Virus record (IMG/VR): IMGVR_UViG_3300044451_000174
Location: 74,722 to 125,807 of that record
Direction: 5' to 3' (one strand)
DNA from: a virus
Lineage: Duplodnaviria > Heunggongvirae > Uroviricota > Caudoviricetes
Length of the DNA: 51,086 nt
A program made the translations under genes and the position numbers. The notes beneath the pieces were generated by a model. That model was not told the origin of the DNA. It was given only the letters and a program-made list of their open reading frames with translations, and did no database searches. This document shows positions 8,592-17,541 of this stretch, in pieces; the first letter of the stretch is position 1; the number at the start of each line of letters is the position of its first letter.

Positions 8592-9043
8592 GAAACATCA
8601 CCCTCTTGTTGAAAGAGGCGAAAGCCAAATTCCCAATTGGGACCGATTTGGAATGCAACGGGTACATCTGCACGGTACACGGCTATCAAGCCGTGTGCGT
8701 GTCCAGTATCCTGATGTTCGAGAGCATAATGCTCGTCATCGTGGGACACCCGTTTTTGCAATCCATCAACTTTGAAATTGGTTCAGCCCCTCTAAATAAT
8801 CAGGGGGATTATGCTGAGAACAATCGATTTGTACGAACAACTGAGCTTTTTCGAGGGGAGCAAGGACTTCGCCTCCGAACTAGAAGCTCTTTACCAGCAA
8901 CTGGCTTCCGTCAGAAGAAATCTGGACCAGAAGGTCGTCGGACTCGTCAACGATTTGCAAACGCAGATCATGAACGACAAGCTGCCTTCCAAGCGAGGGT
9001 TCTTTACCCGCGTTCACAACTGGTGGAAGAACCTGTTCGGTAG
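8588..9043 (+). CDS. Possible small phage protein (uncertain; 3' part overlaps the next gene)
   Basis: TTGA coupling to the upstream stop and phage-like LLKEAKAKFPIGT, but a 233-nt overlap with the gene at 8811. Confidence 0.25.
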   Translation: MRNITLLLKEAKAKFPIGTDLECNGYICTVHGYQAVCVSSILMFESIMLVIVGHPFLQSINFEIGSAPLNNQGDYAENNRFVRTTELFRGEQGLRLRTRSSLPATGFRQKKSGPEGRRTRQRFANADHERQAAFQARVLYPRSQLVEEPVR

Positions 9044-10499
9044 CGACCGTCGTTCCAACCCGTACTACTGGCAAAACAAGATCGGCGCACTCGGCCGCAC
9101 CGACCTCGAACCGCCCACCGTCCGCGAATACGCGATGCTCAAAAACCTCGCGGACACCCTGTGGGAAGACGCCTCCGCAGCACCACAACCACTGATCCGA
9201 AAGATCCTAAACAACTGGACCGCCAGACTCCGTCAGACCATCGCGTCCAGTTTGGACGACATGATGAATCGCGTTCGCAGTATGGCAACTCGTGTGGGCA
9301 GTACACCAGCACCCGAAAAGCCTCGTCCGACACCGGAGCCGACGCCGGAACCAAGAACGCCGACTGTGCATGATGACGATTTCGTGCCTGGGTCTGCCGC
9401 CGATGATGAGGGAGACGACGGCAGTACAGCCCCGCTAAAACCGGCCGAAAAACCCGAACTGACTCTCGATAAGCAGGCTGAAAAATTTGGCATATTCAAA
9501 GACACCAGAACCACTTTTGGTATCTTCGGAAAACTCGATGATTCCAAGAAAAGACTTATTATTGGTGCTTGTCGTTCTGGACATTGTCCGAAAAATGACA
9601 CGGCTGAAGACAAATACCCACTGAAAGAAATCCACGCTGCGACTAACAGATACTTGGAGCTTTTCAGGCAGAAGAAAAAGAAGGGTGACGCATGGAGTGG
9701 TCTGAACACCAGAGAACAGGAGATTCTCCGAGCGATACACGAGCCGTGGAACAAACTTGGCAAACGAAAGAATCTGCATAACAATCGCGGAAACAACGGC
9801 AAGCGGATAACTAACCGCAGCCAAAGTGGTCCGTTTACTTTGCCAAAAGTATTGCGAATTGATGATCCGAGGCACGAGATCCTCAGCAAATACTATCCCG
9901 AATTTTTCAATCAGTTGGATCTAGCTGGTCGTGTCGAACGACCGGACGATACCGAAGACAAGGTTACGAAACGAATTGCAAGACTTCTCAGAAAAGACAA
10001 AGAAGAGGGTCATCGTTCGGAAGACGAAAAGCCAGAGGTTGGCGACCGCGCCGAGATTCACAATATGTCCGATGAAAACCCAAAGGACACCGAAAAGCGG
10101 TCGGACTTCGATGACTTGAAAGCACTTTCGTCCCACGATAAAAGCGACAATTTTGAAGACAATCCAGAAACGGCTGCTGTCCAACAACGGCTCTACGAAC
10201 CCCAATACGAAGAGTTCGCCTCCAAAATTGAAAAGGTTGTCAAGACGGATCGTGAACTGGTGAAAAAGCTGATGGACACATGGGATCACATATCCGATAG
10301 CAAGACTTTAAGGAGAAAATTCTTGAAGTTGATTGAGGCCGGTAAGTACAAAGACATCCAAGCAATGTCCAGCGAGAAGAAAAAGAAGAAAACCTATGAA
10401 GACGATGACGAAGAGGTCAAAAAGCACTTCGGCGAAGGTGTGTCGGGTTTCAAACAGAAGATGAGGGCGGTGTCGGAAAGGATCTATCGCGAGTCTTAA
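8811..10499 (+). CDS. Hypothetical protein (562 aa) with Pro-rich linker and charged C-terminus
   Basis: TAAATA box at 8793-8798, GGGGGA RBS; PTPEPTPEP linker. Confidence 0.8.
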   Translation: MLRTIDLYEQLSFFEGSKDFASELEALYQQLASVRRNLDQKVVGLVNDLQTQIMNDKLPSKRGFFTRVHNWWKNLFGSDRRSNPYYWQNKIGALGRTDLEPPTVREYAMLKNLADTLWEDASAAPQPLIRKILNNWTARLRQTIASSLDDMMNRVRSMATRVGSTPAPEKPRPTPEPTPEPRTPTVHDDDFVPGSAADDEGDDGSTAPLKPAEKPELTLDKQAEKFGIFKDTRTTFGIFGKLDDSKKRLIIGACRSGHCPKNDTAEDKYPLKEIHAATNRYLELFRQKKKKGDAWSGLNTREQEILRAIHEPWNKLGKRKNLHNNRGNNGKRITNRSQSGPFTLPKVLRIDDPRHEILSKYYPEFFNQLDLAGRVERPDDTEDKVTKRIARLLRKDKEEGHRSEDEKPEVGDRAEIHNMSDENPKDTEKRSDFDDLKALSSHDKSDNFEDNPETAAVQQRLYEPQYEEFASKIEKVVKTDRELVKKLMDTWDHISDSKTLRRKFLKLIEAGKYKDIQAMSSEKKKKKTYEDDDEEVKKHFGEGVSGFKQKMRAVSERIYRES

Positions 10500-10852
10500 T
10501 GGAGTCCGGCCAGTTTGGACAAGGCATTGACATCGACCAAATTATTCGACGGCGGGGGCGTAGTAGCCATCCGCCGTTTTGCTTCGATTTCGGCAATGAC
10601 CGTGGCGTGTTCGGGATTGGCAGAATCCAGAATCTGTTCTTCGGCGATGCCGACGATCTGGCTGTAGAAATAGTAGTTGCAGCAGCCCGTAATGGGGTGC
10701 TGCGTCATAATTCCCATCGAATCGACCGACTTGACGATCCCGACGAAGTAGTCGCACTTCTGTCGCTCGTCAAAGTCGCGGTTGATGGGTCCGGTGAAGA
10801 TGCTGACGGCCTTGCCGACAAAGTATTTGAGGTTTTCGAGAGCTTCTTTCAT
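10496..10852 (-). CDS. Hypothetical protein, possible Sm/SH3-like fold (118 aa)
   Basis: ATGA coupling with the primase stop; FVGKAVSIFT...FVGIVKSVDSMGIM resembles an Sm1 motif. Confidence 0.6.
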   Translation of the reverse strand: MKEALENLKYFVGKAVSIFTGPINRDFDERQKCDYFVGIVKSVDSMGIMTQHPITGCCNYYFYSQIVGIAEEQILDSANPEHATVIAEIEAKRRMATTPPPSNNLVDVNALSKLAGLH

Positions 10853-11883
10853 TTCAACCTAGCTGAGTAAGCAGCCGCGCCGAACGGCGACTCACTGTCG
10901 AGTGTGGTTTCGGCGCGAAGGACATACTCATAGAGAATCTTCGTGCCGAATTTCTTCAACATGTCGTTCCAGTCGTTGTACCCTTCCGGCGGTTGAACCA
11001 GTCTCAACTTGTCTTTGCCGAACCGCAGACTGATGCTCATGATCTTCTGAGCCATTGCCATCGAACCCTTTTCGCCCGCCTTGTCGCGGTCCAGACAGAT
11101 GACAAGCTTGTAGTCCTTGAGCAGAACGGCCTGCTTCTCGCTCAGGTTTTTGCCGCCCGCCGCCGCCCCGTTGAAACCGCACAGCGACAGGCTCTTGCTG
11201 TTGAACTCGCCTTCGCAGAGGTGAACGGTCGAGCCAAGAGCGGGCCAAACGCCTCCCGGCATGAAGACCACGTCTTCCTTGCCGACGCCGATCTCTTTCT
11301 CCGGGCCGAGATACTTCAACTTGGATTTGCCGATGTGACGACCGTTGAAATAACAGAGATCGCCATCCCGGTCGTAATACGGTAGGATGATCCGTGCCTT
11401 GTACTTGCCGCCGGTGCAGATGTAAAGCCCGTCGTGCGGGATCTTGCGTTCGGCGAGGTACTCACGGGCCTTGTCGCCCCACCAGCCGCGCAACCCGTCG
11501 ATGGCGTAGCACTCGTCCGGCAGGGAGATGCGAACTTTGGGTTTGTTCTCGATGAACGGCCGGTCGGCCGCTTCCATCAGTTCTTCGACCTGACGTTCGA
11601 GTTCGCCGAGGTTGGCTTCCCCCTTCAAAATGGCCGAGGCTTCGTCGTAGGGGATCTTGTCAACCAACATGACGAGCTTGACGAGCGACCCTTTGTTGTC
11701 CGTCTTGAAGCAGTGGAACACGCCGTTCGCGCGTTTCTTTTTACCGCCAGACGGACTGCACCAGAGGTGGTAGTTGTGGTCGGACTCGAAAATGGAGTTG
11801 ATGCGGATCTCTTTCCCCTTGACAATGGCGTCGGGGAAACGGTCCTGCACCCAGTGTTTGAATCGACCGAAATCAATTGCCAT
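10849..11883 (-). CDS. DNA primase (DnaG/T4 gp61-like, TOPRIM)
   Basis: N-terminal FHCFKTDNKGSLVKLV, IILPYYDRDGDLCYFNGR, KYL, TOPRIM LCEGEFN, GGK, ICLDRDKAG, DWND. Confidence 0.85.
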   Translation of the reverse strand: MAIDFGRFKHWVQDRFPDAIVKGKEIRINSIFESDHNYHLWCSPSGGKKKRANGVFHCFKTDNKGSLVKLVMLVDKIPYDEASAILKGEANLGELERQVEELMEAADRPFIENKPKVRISLPDECYAIDGLRGWWGDKAREYLAERKIPHDGLYICTGGKYKARIILPYYDRDGDLCYFNGRHIGKSKLKYLGPEKEIGVGKEDVVFMPGGVWPALGSTVHLCEGEFNSKSLSLCGFNGAAAGGKNLSEKQAVLLKDYKLVICLDRDKAGEKGSMAMAQKIMSISLRFGKDKLRLVQPPEGYNDWNDMLKKFGTKILYEYVLRAETTLDSESPFGAAAYSARLK

Positions 11884-11926
11884 GACTAATCCGAATCAAA
11901 GGGTATAATGCTGGTTGGAGGTACTC

Positions 11927-12730
11927 ATGAATCCCGAAGACGCACCGAAATCCGAATTCCTGACCATCGAACACATGTCGGTGAGCCGCTACGGGGTTTG
12001 GGATCTCTGCAACCAGCAGTACAAGTATAAGTATCACCTCAAGGTGGTATCTGACAAGCCCGAAGCGTGCTACTTCATCTACGGCAAGATCGTCCACCGC
12101 GCCGCCGAGGAGTATGTCCGACGCAAGGGCAAGACCCCCATTCTACACTGTGCCGGCGAAGTTTTCGCGGGAAAACTGCTCCTCGAAGACGACCAGAAGG
12201 TGCCGCCCAAACTGCCGGTCGAGTACAGCAAAGAGCAACTGATTTCACACCTGCGTGCCATCGAATCGCTCCACCAGAGGATCGGATTCAGTGGTGAAAT
12301 CGAATGGCCGTTCCTGTTCGACCTCGACCCGCCGCACAAGCGGTGCGTGAAGGGCTTCATCGACCGGCTGGTGTTCACGAAGGACAAGGAACGGGCGTAC
12401 ATCATCGACTACAAGACCAGCAAGAAGAACAAATGGCGGAAGACGAAGGCGAACGTCAACTACGACCTCCAGTTGCGGACCTACGCGATGGTCGTGAACC
12501 GCACCTTCGGGATCGCCCCGGAGAAAATCCGAGCGGCCTTGTTTTACCTTGAAGGTGCCGAACTGGTTGACGCCACTTTCACCCAAGAGAGCATTGACTC
12601 GGCCGCGACCGAACTGCTAACCTCTTTCAAGCAGATCCAGTCGATGCGACCGGACGAAGTCTGGGGAAGTCCGGGCTACCACTGCGAACGGTGCGATTAC
12701 GCCACGATTTGTCCGTTCTTCGGAGGATAA
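11927..12730 (+). CDS. PD-(D/E)XK RecB/Cas4-like exonuclease with putative 4Fe-4S cluster
   Basis: SVSRY...LC, GKIVH, KGFIDRL, IIDYKTS, QLRTYA, C-terminal CERCDYATIC; GGAGG RBS. Confidence 0.9.
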   Translation: MNPEDAPKSEFLTIEHMSVSRYGVWDLCNQQYKYKYHLKVVSDKPEACYFIYGKIVHRAAEEYVRRKGKTPILHCAGEVFAGKLLLEDDQKVPPKLPVEYSKEQLISHLRAIESLHQRIGFSGEIEWPFLFDLDPPHKRCVKGFIDRLVFTKDKERAYIIDYKTSKKNKWRKTKANVNYDLQLRTYAMVVNRTFGIAPEKIRAALFYLEGAELVDATFTQESIDSAATELLTSFKQIQSMRPDEVWGSPGYHCERCDYATICPFFGG

Positions 12731-12733
12731 GGG

Positions 12734-13249
12734 ATGTTCGAGCAGAAAGAAAAGCTGTTGATCGTCAACCACGTCATCTATCTGACCCCGGAGCAGCGAA
12801 AAACTCTGGTAGAGGAACGCCAGCAAGTTGCGGCTATCGGCATCAGCATCCCGGTGTGGTTCGATGACAACAAGGGATCGGCACCGGCGCGAGAAGTGTT
12901 CTGTCAGTACACGGTCACCAACGAACCGAAGACCCTGATGGTTGCCGTTACGCCGAGCGGCTACAGGATCAACCTGACGCAACCGAAGCCCGACGACGAG
13001 GAAACGCCGGATTACAAGAGACTGGGAAACAAAGAGGGGATGGGCTGGCTCAAGTTCAAACAACTCCAAGTGGTCGAAGCCCCCAACGGCAAAAAGAGCA
13101 AGGTGCTTCACTACGTCGAGATTCGGGACTGGGAGTATTTCTGGGACTCCGTCAACTGGCGGGGCAGTACCGAAGTGACATGCCCATCCGCATGTTCACC
13201 GAGTCCCCAGACTGAACCGTTACCGGATTCGTCAGCTTCGCGCTGCTGA
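12734..13249 (+). CDS. Hypothetical protein (171 aa)
   Basis: Starts 3 nt after the nuclease stop; the C-terminus overlaps the convergent gene by 98 nt. Confidence 0.6.
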   Translation: MFEQKEKLLIVNHVIYLTPEQRKTLVEERQQVAAIGISIPVWFDDNKGSAPAREVFCQYTVTNEPKTLMVAVTPSGYRINLTQPKPDDEETPDYKRLGNKEGMGWLKFKQLQVVEAPNGKKSKVLHYVEIRDWEYFWDSVNWRGSTEVTCPSACSPSPQTEPLPDSSASRC

Positions 13250-13682
13250 TCAATACGCCCGTCGTGTTTGGTTTATCTGACAAGAAGATGTTGCTGCACG
13301 GTCCCCAACTCCCGCCGACCGCCGAGAAGGTCACGATCTGACTCGACACCTGATGCACCCCGCCCGAAACCGTCATCGAGAAGCCGGTCGTAGAATTGAC
13401 CGGCTGACGTGAATACCCGTTGATGAACGGCTCGTTCTGCAAGCTCTCCATCGTATCGCCAATTGCCAGAATCGTCCTGTTGTCCAACCCCAAGTAGTAG
13501 TTGTTGGGGATGTATGTGTTCGGCGCGTTGCCGCCCAGGAACAGGGCGTTCAAAAGGAACTGCTCGCCCAGAAAGTGGAGTGTGTTGAGTACGTTCTCCT
13601 CGCGGTAGATCACGCAGCCGTCGCGGACCTGTTCGAGAGAAAGAATCGTCATGATGCCGGGCCAGGGTTTCTTGGTTTCCAT
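13152..13682 (-). CDS. Putative tail/baseplate structural protein
   Basis: YLGL...GYSRQPV...VTFSAVGGSWG...GVLIS...TVQSGDSV is a pattern common in phage tail-associated proteins; TATATA box 4 nt upstream. Confidence 0.6.
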   Translation of the reverse strand: METKKPWPGIMTILSLEQVRDGCVIYREENVLNTLHFLGEQFLLNALFLGGNAPNTYIPNNYYLGLDNRTILAIGDTMESLQNEPFINGYSRQPVNSTTGFSMTVSGGVHQVSSQIVTFSAVGGSWGPCSNIFLSDKPNTTGVLISSAKLTNPVTVQSGDSVNMRMGMSLRYCPAS

Positions 13683-13733
13683 GCCGTATATAAGTTAGTA
13701 CGAATGACGTTTTGGAGATTTCAGGAGAAACCA

Positions 13734-14003
13734 ATGACCTTCGCCGAGTACGTCAAAATGAGAGAGACGGCGGGCGATTCGTGGGGAACCGCACCCGCGC
13801 CTCCGGTCCAAATCATGTTGGGACCGAACGCACCCATTGCCGGCAACACCAAAGGTGCCAGACCACCCGGCAAAGAAGAACAGTTCGGCAAAGAGAAGAA
13901 ACGCAAAAAGCCGCCGCGAGAGATCACACAACCGAGCTACGACGACCGCGACCTAATAAAACGGAACATGTATAGGGCCAAAGAACTGGGTGTCAACCCG
14001 TGA
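13734..14003 (+). CDS. Small basic protein, possible capsid-internal protein (89 aa)
   Basis: AGGAGA RBS; N-terminus MTFAEYVKMRE. Confidence 0.6.
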   Translation: MTFAEYVKMRETAGDSWGTAPAPPVQIMLGPNAPIAGNTKGARPPGKEEQFGKEKKRKKPPREITQPSYDDRDLIKRNMYRAKELGVNP

Positions 14004-14004
14004 G

Positions 14005-14637
14005 TCACACGAAGCGGAAGACGGACCCGTATTCTTTGTAGAAGAGGATTTCGCCCGGAACGCCCGGCATATCGAGCATGTACTTCTTCCACCTCAACCA
14101 CTTATGCCACAATTCCGGCTGGTTGGTCGGGATCATCGACATGATTTCTCTGAGCCGGTCGAACTCGTCCCGCTCGCTGTAAATCAGAGTGTACATCAAA
14201 GGCAAATAAACCCTGATGAACTCTCGCCAGACCCACGTCTCTTTGATGAAGAGTTGAGATTCCATCGACAGAAGCTTGTCGTAGAACCGAGTGTACTGAT
14301 CGGCCGGCATGGGCTTGTTTCGGAAATTGAGGCCGCTCGGTATGCCGATACCGTTGACCAAATTGAGAAGCCGGTGGTTGGGAATGATCACCGCATCACT
14401 GATAAAAACCTCGCCGCGTGGAATGATCCGTTCCTGAATAGTTGGGAGCGATTGATTGTCTTCGCACTCGGTGAGATTCCATTGCCTGACCGCGATCTGA
14501 TCGGGGTGGCGATAAGCGTCGTTCAAAGTAACAACCTTCCGGTCGCCACGCTCGCTTTCCAGGCAGAAAGAGCAAGGGACCGGAAGGTTGTTACGAAGAT
14601 CTGTACTGCGAATGTAGAACTCCAAAGCCGCGATCAT
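14005..14637 (-). CDS. Hypothetical protein (210 aa)
   Basis: Long ORF 8 nt downstream of the poly-Asp gene on the same strand; contains CSFC. Confidence 0.65.
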   Translation of the reverse strand: MIAALEFYIRSTDLRNNLPVPCSFCLESERGDRKVVTLNDAYRHPDQIAVRQWNLTECEDNQSLPTIQERIIPRGEVFISDAVIIPNHRLLNLVNGIGIPSGLNFRNKPMPADQYTRFYDKLLSMESQLFIKETWVWREFIRVYLPLMYTLIYSERDEFDRLREIMSMIPTNQPELWHKWLRWKKYMLDMPGVPGEILFYKEYGSVFRFV

Positions 14638-14645
14638 TGCGCCTC

Positions 14646-14984
14646 TCAGAAGTTCACGTCATCGTCGTCGTCATCGTCATCGAAGTCGTCGTCGTCGTCA
14701 TCGTCATCGTCATCATCCCAGTCGTCATCGTCGTCTAGGTCGTCATCGTCTTCGTCATCGAAGTCGTCGTCATCATCCCAGTCGTCATCGTCGTCTTCGT
14801 CATCGAAGTCGTCATCGTCATCGTCATCGTCATCGAGATCATCGTCGTCGTCCCAGTCGTCGTCATCGTCGTCTAGGTCGCCGTCGAAGTCATCATCGTC
14901 ATCGACGCCCCCGCCGAATCCGCCGGGAACGCCGGACGACATCGCGTTCCGGTTCTTGTAATCGTCTTCTGGGAAAGCTGCCAT
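14646..14984 (-). CDS. Poly-aspartate mini-protein (112 aa, 71 Asp)
   Basis: AGAGAGGG RBS before ATG 14984; collinear with both flanking minus-strand genes. Confidence 0.7.
   Translation of the reverse strand: MAAFPEDDYKNRNAMSSGVPGGFGGGVDDDDDFDGDLDDDDDDWDDDDDLDDDDDDDDDFDDEDDDDDWDDDDDFDDEDDDDLDDDDDWDDDDDDDDDDDFDDDDDDDDVNF
14658..14903 (-). repeat. GAC/GAT trinucleotide low-complexity tract
   Basis: Mixed GAC/GAT codons punctuated by F, L, W, E codons. Confidence 0.9.
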
Positions 14985-15004
14985 GATAGCCCTCTCTGGG
15001 TTGG

Positions 15005-16666
15005 TTAACACACCTTTTGACGGACGACTTGGCAGCTTCGCACAGTACGAGAGCCGCACACTCGTTCGTTGACGTAGCACCCCAGTTTCGGTGGACGAAC
15101 TGGAGGGTCTACTTTCTTCTTACAACCGGAGCAACACCCCGAATTGTTTTCTGGTTTCCACGGCTTACCAAACTCTGGCGCACCGGGCAAGGTGGCGTTG
15201 TTGAAGTAGCCGTCGTCGGAATTATAGCTGGTCCTCAGCAGCGAGCCTGATTCATCAACCTTGAAAACGTGGTGGTCCTTGACCGGCTCCCCGTGAAGGG
15301 TTACTAGGTCCGACTCCCAAATATAGTCAAGACCAAGTTTAACTTCATCGAGAATTTCCTCGTCTTCTGCGCCGTCTACGAACCCCGCCATGCCGAAGCC
15401 CTGAGCGACCAAAAGTTGCTCGTGCGGGACATCAACCTTACAGAAGTACAGCGGATTGTCAGACTGACCGACAATCATTGTATCCGCCAGTACCATCTGA
15501 GTGCTTTTTTCGCGAATCAAGAAATCCTGATCGCCGATCTTCACAGCCTTGTCGGTCGGCAAAACCTCGACGCTTTCGGTCGAGGCCGCACGAACCGTGG
15601 TCAACCCCCACGTCGCAAAAACGCTCGCAACTTCAGTTGCGTAAGGCCCGGTAGCGAGTTCTGTCAACATGGTACTCGCAATTGAAGCCATGTACCTCGG
15701 AGTCAGCGGGGCGTTTTGTACCGCACGGAACAAAACCGTAGCCATTTCGTCGCGTGCGATGATCAGTGCTTCGCGTGTGCCGATACCGCCCGGTGCCTTC
15801 ACTTTGGCGTAAACGGCCATGATCGCAGCGTAAAACGCACTGCTGAACACGCGGCTGAAACTGTGGACCTCGCTGGACAACTGGTTCTTCGGCGCAGATC
15901 TCGGCAGTGTGGCCGGATCGATGTAGTAGTACGGAACCGAAGCGTCACGCAGCCCGCCGATCACCCCGTTGATCGCATAGCCCAGATCCGGTGCTACGGA
16001 CGACGCAATGGTACTGCTTTGGGCCGCGTCCATCTGCTGTGCAGTATAGGTCAAAACCGGGTCAATCGACATCGCATGCAGGATCGAGCCGCAGTCGGCG
16101 AACGCTTCGTGAAACGCACCCTGTTCAATGAATGGAGTATTGAACAGCACGGGCTTCAAAGAGTCAAGTACCGAGTGAAAGAATTCGTGGGTGACCACGT
16201 CGTTCGACAAACAGGTGTGGACCACCTGCCCGTTCACAGGGTTCCGGCCCGTGAAGAACTGCAACGACTCGCGATTGTAGAAGGCGTTCAACTGGTTCCC
16301 GGCGTTCGGGTAAACGCGAAGAACTTTGACCGCCGCCCACTTCGGGAGCGTGCCGAGGTACTTCTTCAACATCCTTTGGGCCGAGCAGAGCGTAGCCATG
16401 CAGTTGGCCGCGAGCGCCTGTGGTGAGTTCGGATCGGGGGAATAACCCTTGTAGTTCTGAACGGAAAACGGCGGGTCCGGGTTCTCGGTCGGAACCTGAA
16501 CGTTTTGGATGAAGGGGGTGTTTGACTCCTCGTCCATGAAGAAACGGATCTCACCGTCACGGCGGATCACGCTCTCTGAAGGGGTAGGGGTTGGCGGGCG
16601 AGACGGACCATACGGGCGTCTGTTCTGCTGTGTCTGCGTCACTGCTAGGTTTTTCTTGGTTTCCAT
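15005..16666 (-). CDS. Zinc metalloprotease, M4/M36 (thermolysin/fungalysin-like)
   Basis: LNAFY, DVVTHEFFH (HExxH), GAFHEAFAD (third Zn ligand), EVHSFSRVF; GGAGG RBS. Confidence 0.9.
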   Translation of the reverse strand: METKKNLAVTQTQQNRRPYGPSRPPTPTPSESVIRRDGEIRFFMDEESNTPFIQNVQVPTENPDPPFSVQNYKGYSPDPNSPQALAANCMATLCSAQRMLKKYLGTLPKWAAVKVLRVYPNAGNQLNAFYNRESLQFFTGRNPVNGQVVHTCLSNDVVTHEFFHSVLDSLKPVLFNTPFIEQGAFHEAFADCGSILHAMSIDPVLTYTAQQMDAAQSSTIASSVAPDLGYAINGVIGGLRDASVPYYYIDPATLPRSAPKNQLSSEVHSFSRVFSSAFYAAIMAVYAKVKAPGGIGTREALIIARDEMATVLFRAVQNAPLTPRYMASIASTMLTELATGPYATEVASVFATWGLTTVRAASTESVEVLPTDKAVKIGDQDFLIREKSTQMVLADTMIVGQSDNPLYFCKVDVPHEQLLVAQGFGMAGFVDGAEDEEILDEVKLGLDYIWESDLVTLHGEPVKDHHVFKVDESGSLLRTSYNSDDGYFNNATLPGAPEFGKPWKPENNSGCCSGCKKKVDPPVRPPKLGCYVNERVCGSRTVRSCQVVRQKVC

Positions 16667-16679
16667 TGTGCCTCCGAGG

Positions 16680-16685
16680 TATATA
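16680..16685. promoter_or_regulatory. Palindromic TATATA box between divergent genes
   Basis: Sits in the 27-nt gap between the starts at 16666 (-) and 16694 (+). Confidence 0.5.
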
Positions 16686-16693
16686 GTCGCATC

Positions 16694-17236
16694 ATGCGAT
16701 CAAAAGAAGACATCATCCGCGAGCAACGCACCGTCGAGGCGGTACGCAAGGGTCTTATGAGCGGCGAGGGCAAGCTCGCGTGCGTCGCGCGGATGTTGGG
16801 AGACAAGGTTTACGGGCGACACGGCGGCGGCAGGCGTGCCATGTTCCATGAATTCGAGAACATGATGGGCCTCGAACAGAACTTCCTCGAAGAAGACGAA
16901 CTCGAAGAGGGCGAAATCCCCACGGCCGATGCGGGCATGGCCGCGAACGCCTACCTCTTTAACGGCTACAGTCGGGGGCTTCATCTGGAGATCAAGTTTG
17001 ACGGCCCGGAAATTTGGGTGCGGTGGAAGGGCGAGATCGTGTACCATGAGATGAGTGGTGAACTTGGGGCGTTCGCCCCAGGCGACTGGGAAATGGAAAT
17101 CGAAAAACTGGCAGTGGTTGCCCGCAAGAAAGAATACGAATACATCAACCTCGCCGACCAACGCGATGTTGCCATCGGCCAAAGGATGAAGGAACAATTC
17201 CTCGAAGAGATGAAACGAAAATGGGGACTAAAGTAA
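16694..17236 (+). CDS. Hypothetical protein (180 aa)
   Basis: Long ORF, coupled to the next gene. Confidence 0.7.
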   Translation: MRSKEDIIREQRTVEAVRKGLMSGEGKLACVARMLGDKVYGRHGGGRRAMFHEFENMMGLEQNFLEEDELEEGEIPTADAGMAANAYLFNGYSRGLHLEIKFDGPEIWVRWKGEIVYHEMSGELGAFAPGDWEMEIEKLAVVARKKEYEYINLADQRDVAIGQRMKEQFLEEMKRKWGLK

Positions 17237-17541
17237 AACTCTGTTGTGAAACCGGCGTGACCCACATCTGTGGCGGGCCGGGAGCGTGGGATTTCGGCGA
17301 CAACCACCCCGGCATCATCTACTGCCCGTGGTGCGGAACCAAGTTACCGGAAAAGAATATCTGCAAGTTCGAGGTGGTGGTTCGCTACGACCGTGGACTC
17401 GGAGCCGAGTTCAAAACGAAAGAAGTCGAAGCGGACAATATGGCCGACGCCAAAAAAGTTGCTGAGGACGCTGTCGCCGAGGAGCTTCGCGGCTCCAAGT
17501 TCAACGTCCTCGGCAGTCAGGTCAGACCGATCAAGGCGTAA
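17221..17541 (+). CDS. Hypothetical protein with Zn-ribbon-like motif
   Basis: CC...C...YCPWCG. Confidence 0.6.
   Translation: MGTKVKLCCETGVTHICGGPGAWDFGDNHPGIIYCPWCGTKLPEKNICKFEVVVRYDRGLGAEFKTKEVEADNMADAKKVAEDAVAEELRGSKFNVLGSQVRPIKA

Noticed and set aside
11882-11909. Sigma-70 promoter for the nuclease gene (TATAAT at 11904-11909)
   Set aside because: The -10 is perfect but the best -35 candidate (ATGACT, 16-nt spacer) is weak, so it was not listed as a feature.
11927-12730. Cas4-like nuclease as evidence of a CRISPR-Cas system
   Set aside because: No cas1/cas2 or array in the window; stand-alone RecB/Cas4-like exonucleases are common in phages and this one sits beside the primase.
13990-14961. 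323-aa plus-strand ORF with a poly-Ser tract
   Set aside because: It is the antisense shadow of the poly-Asp gene and the 210-aa gene. The minus-strand reading has an RBS and is collinear with its neighbours.
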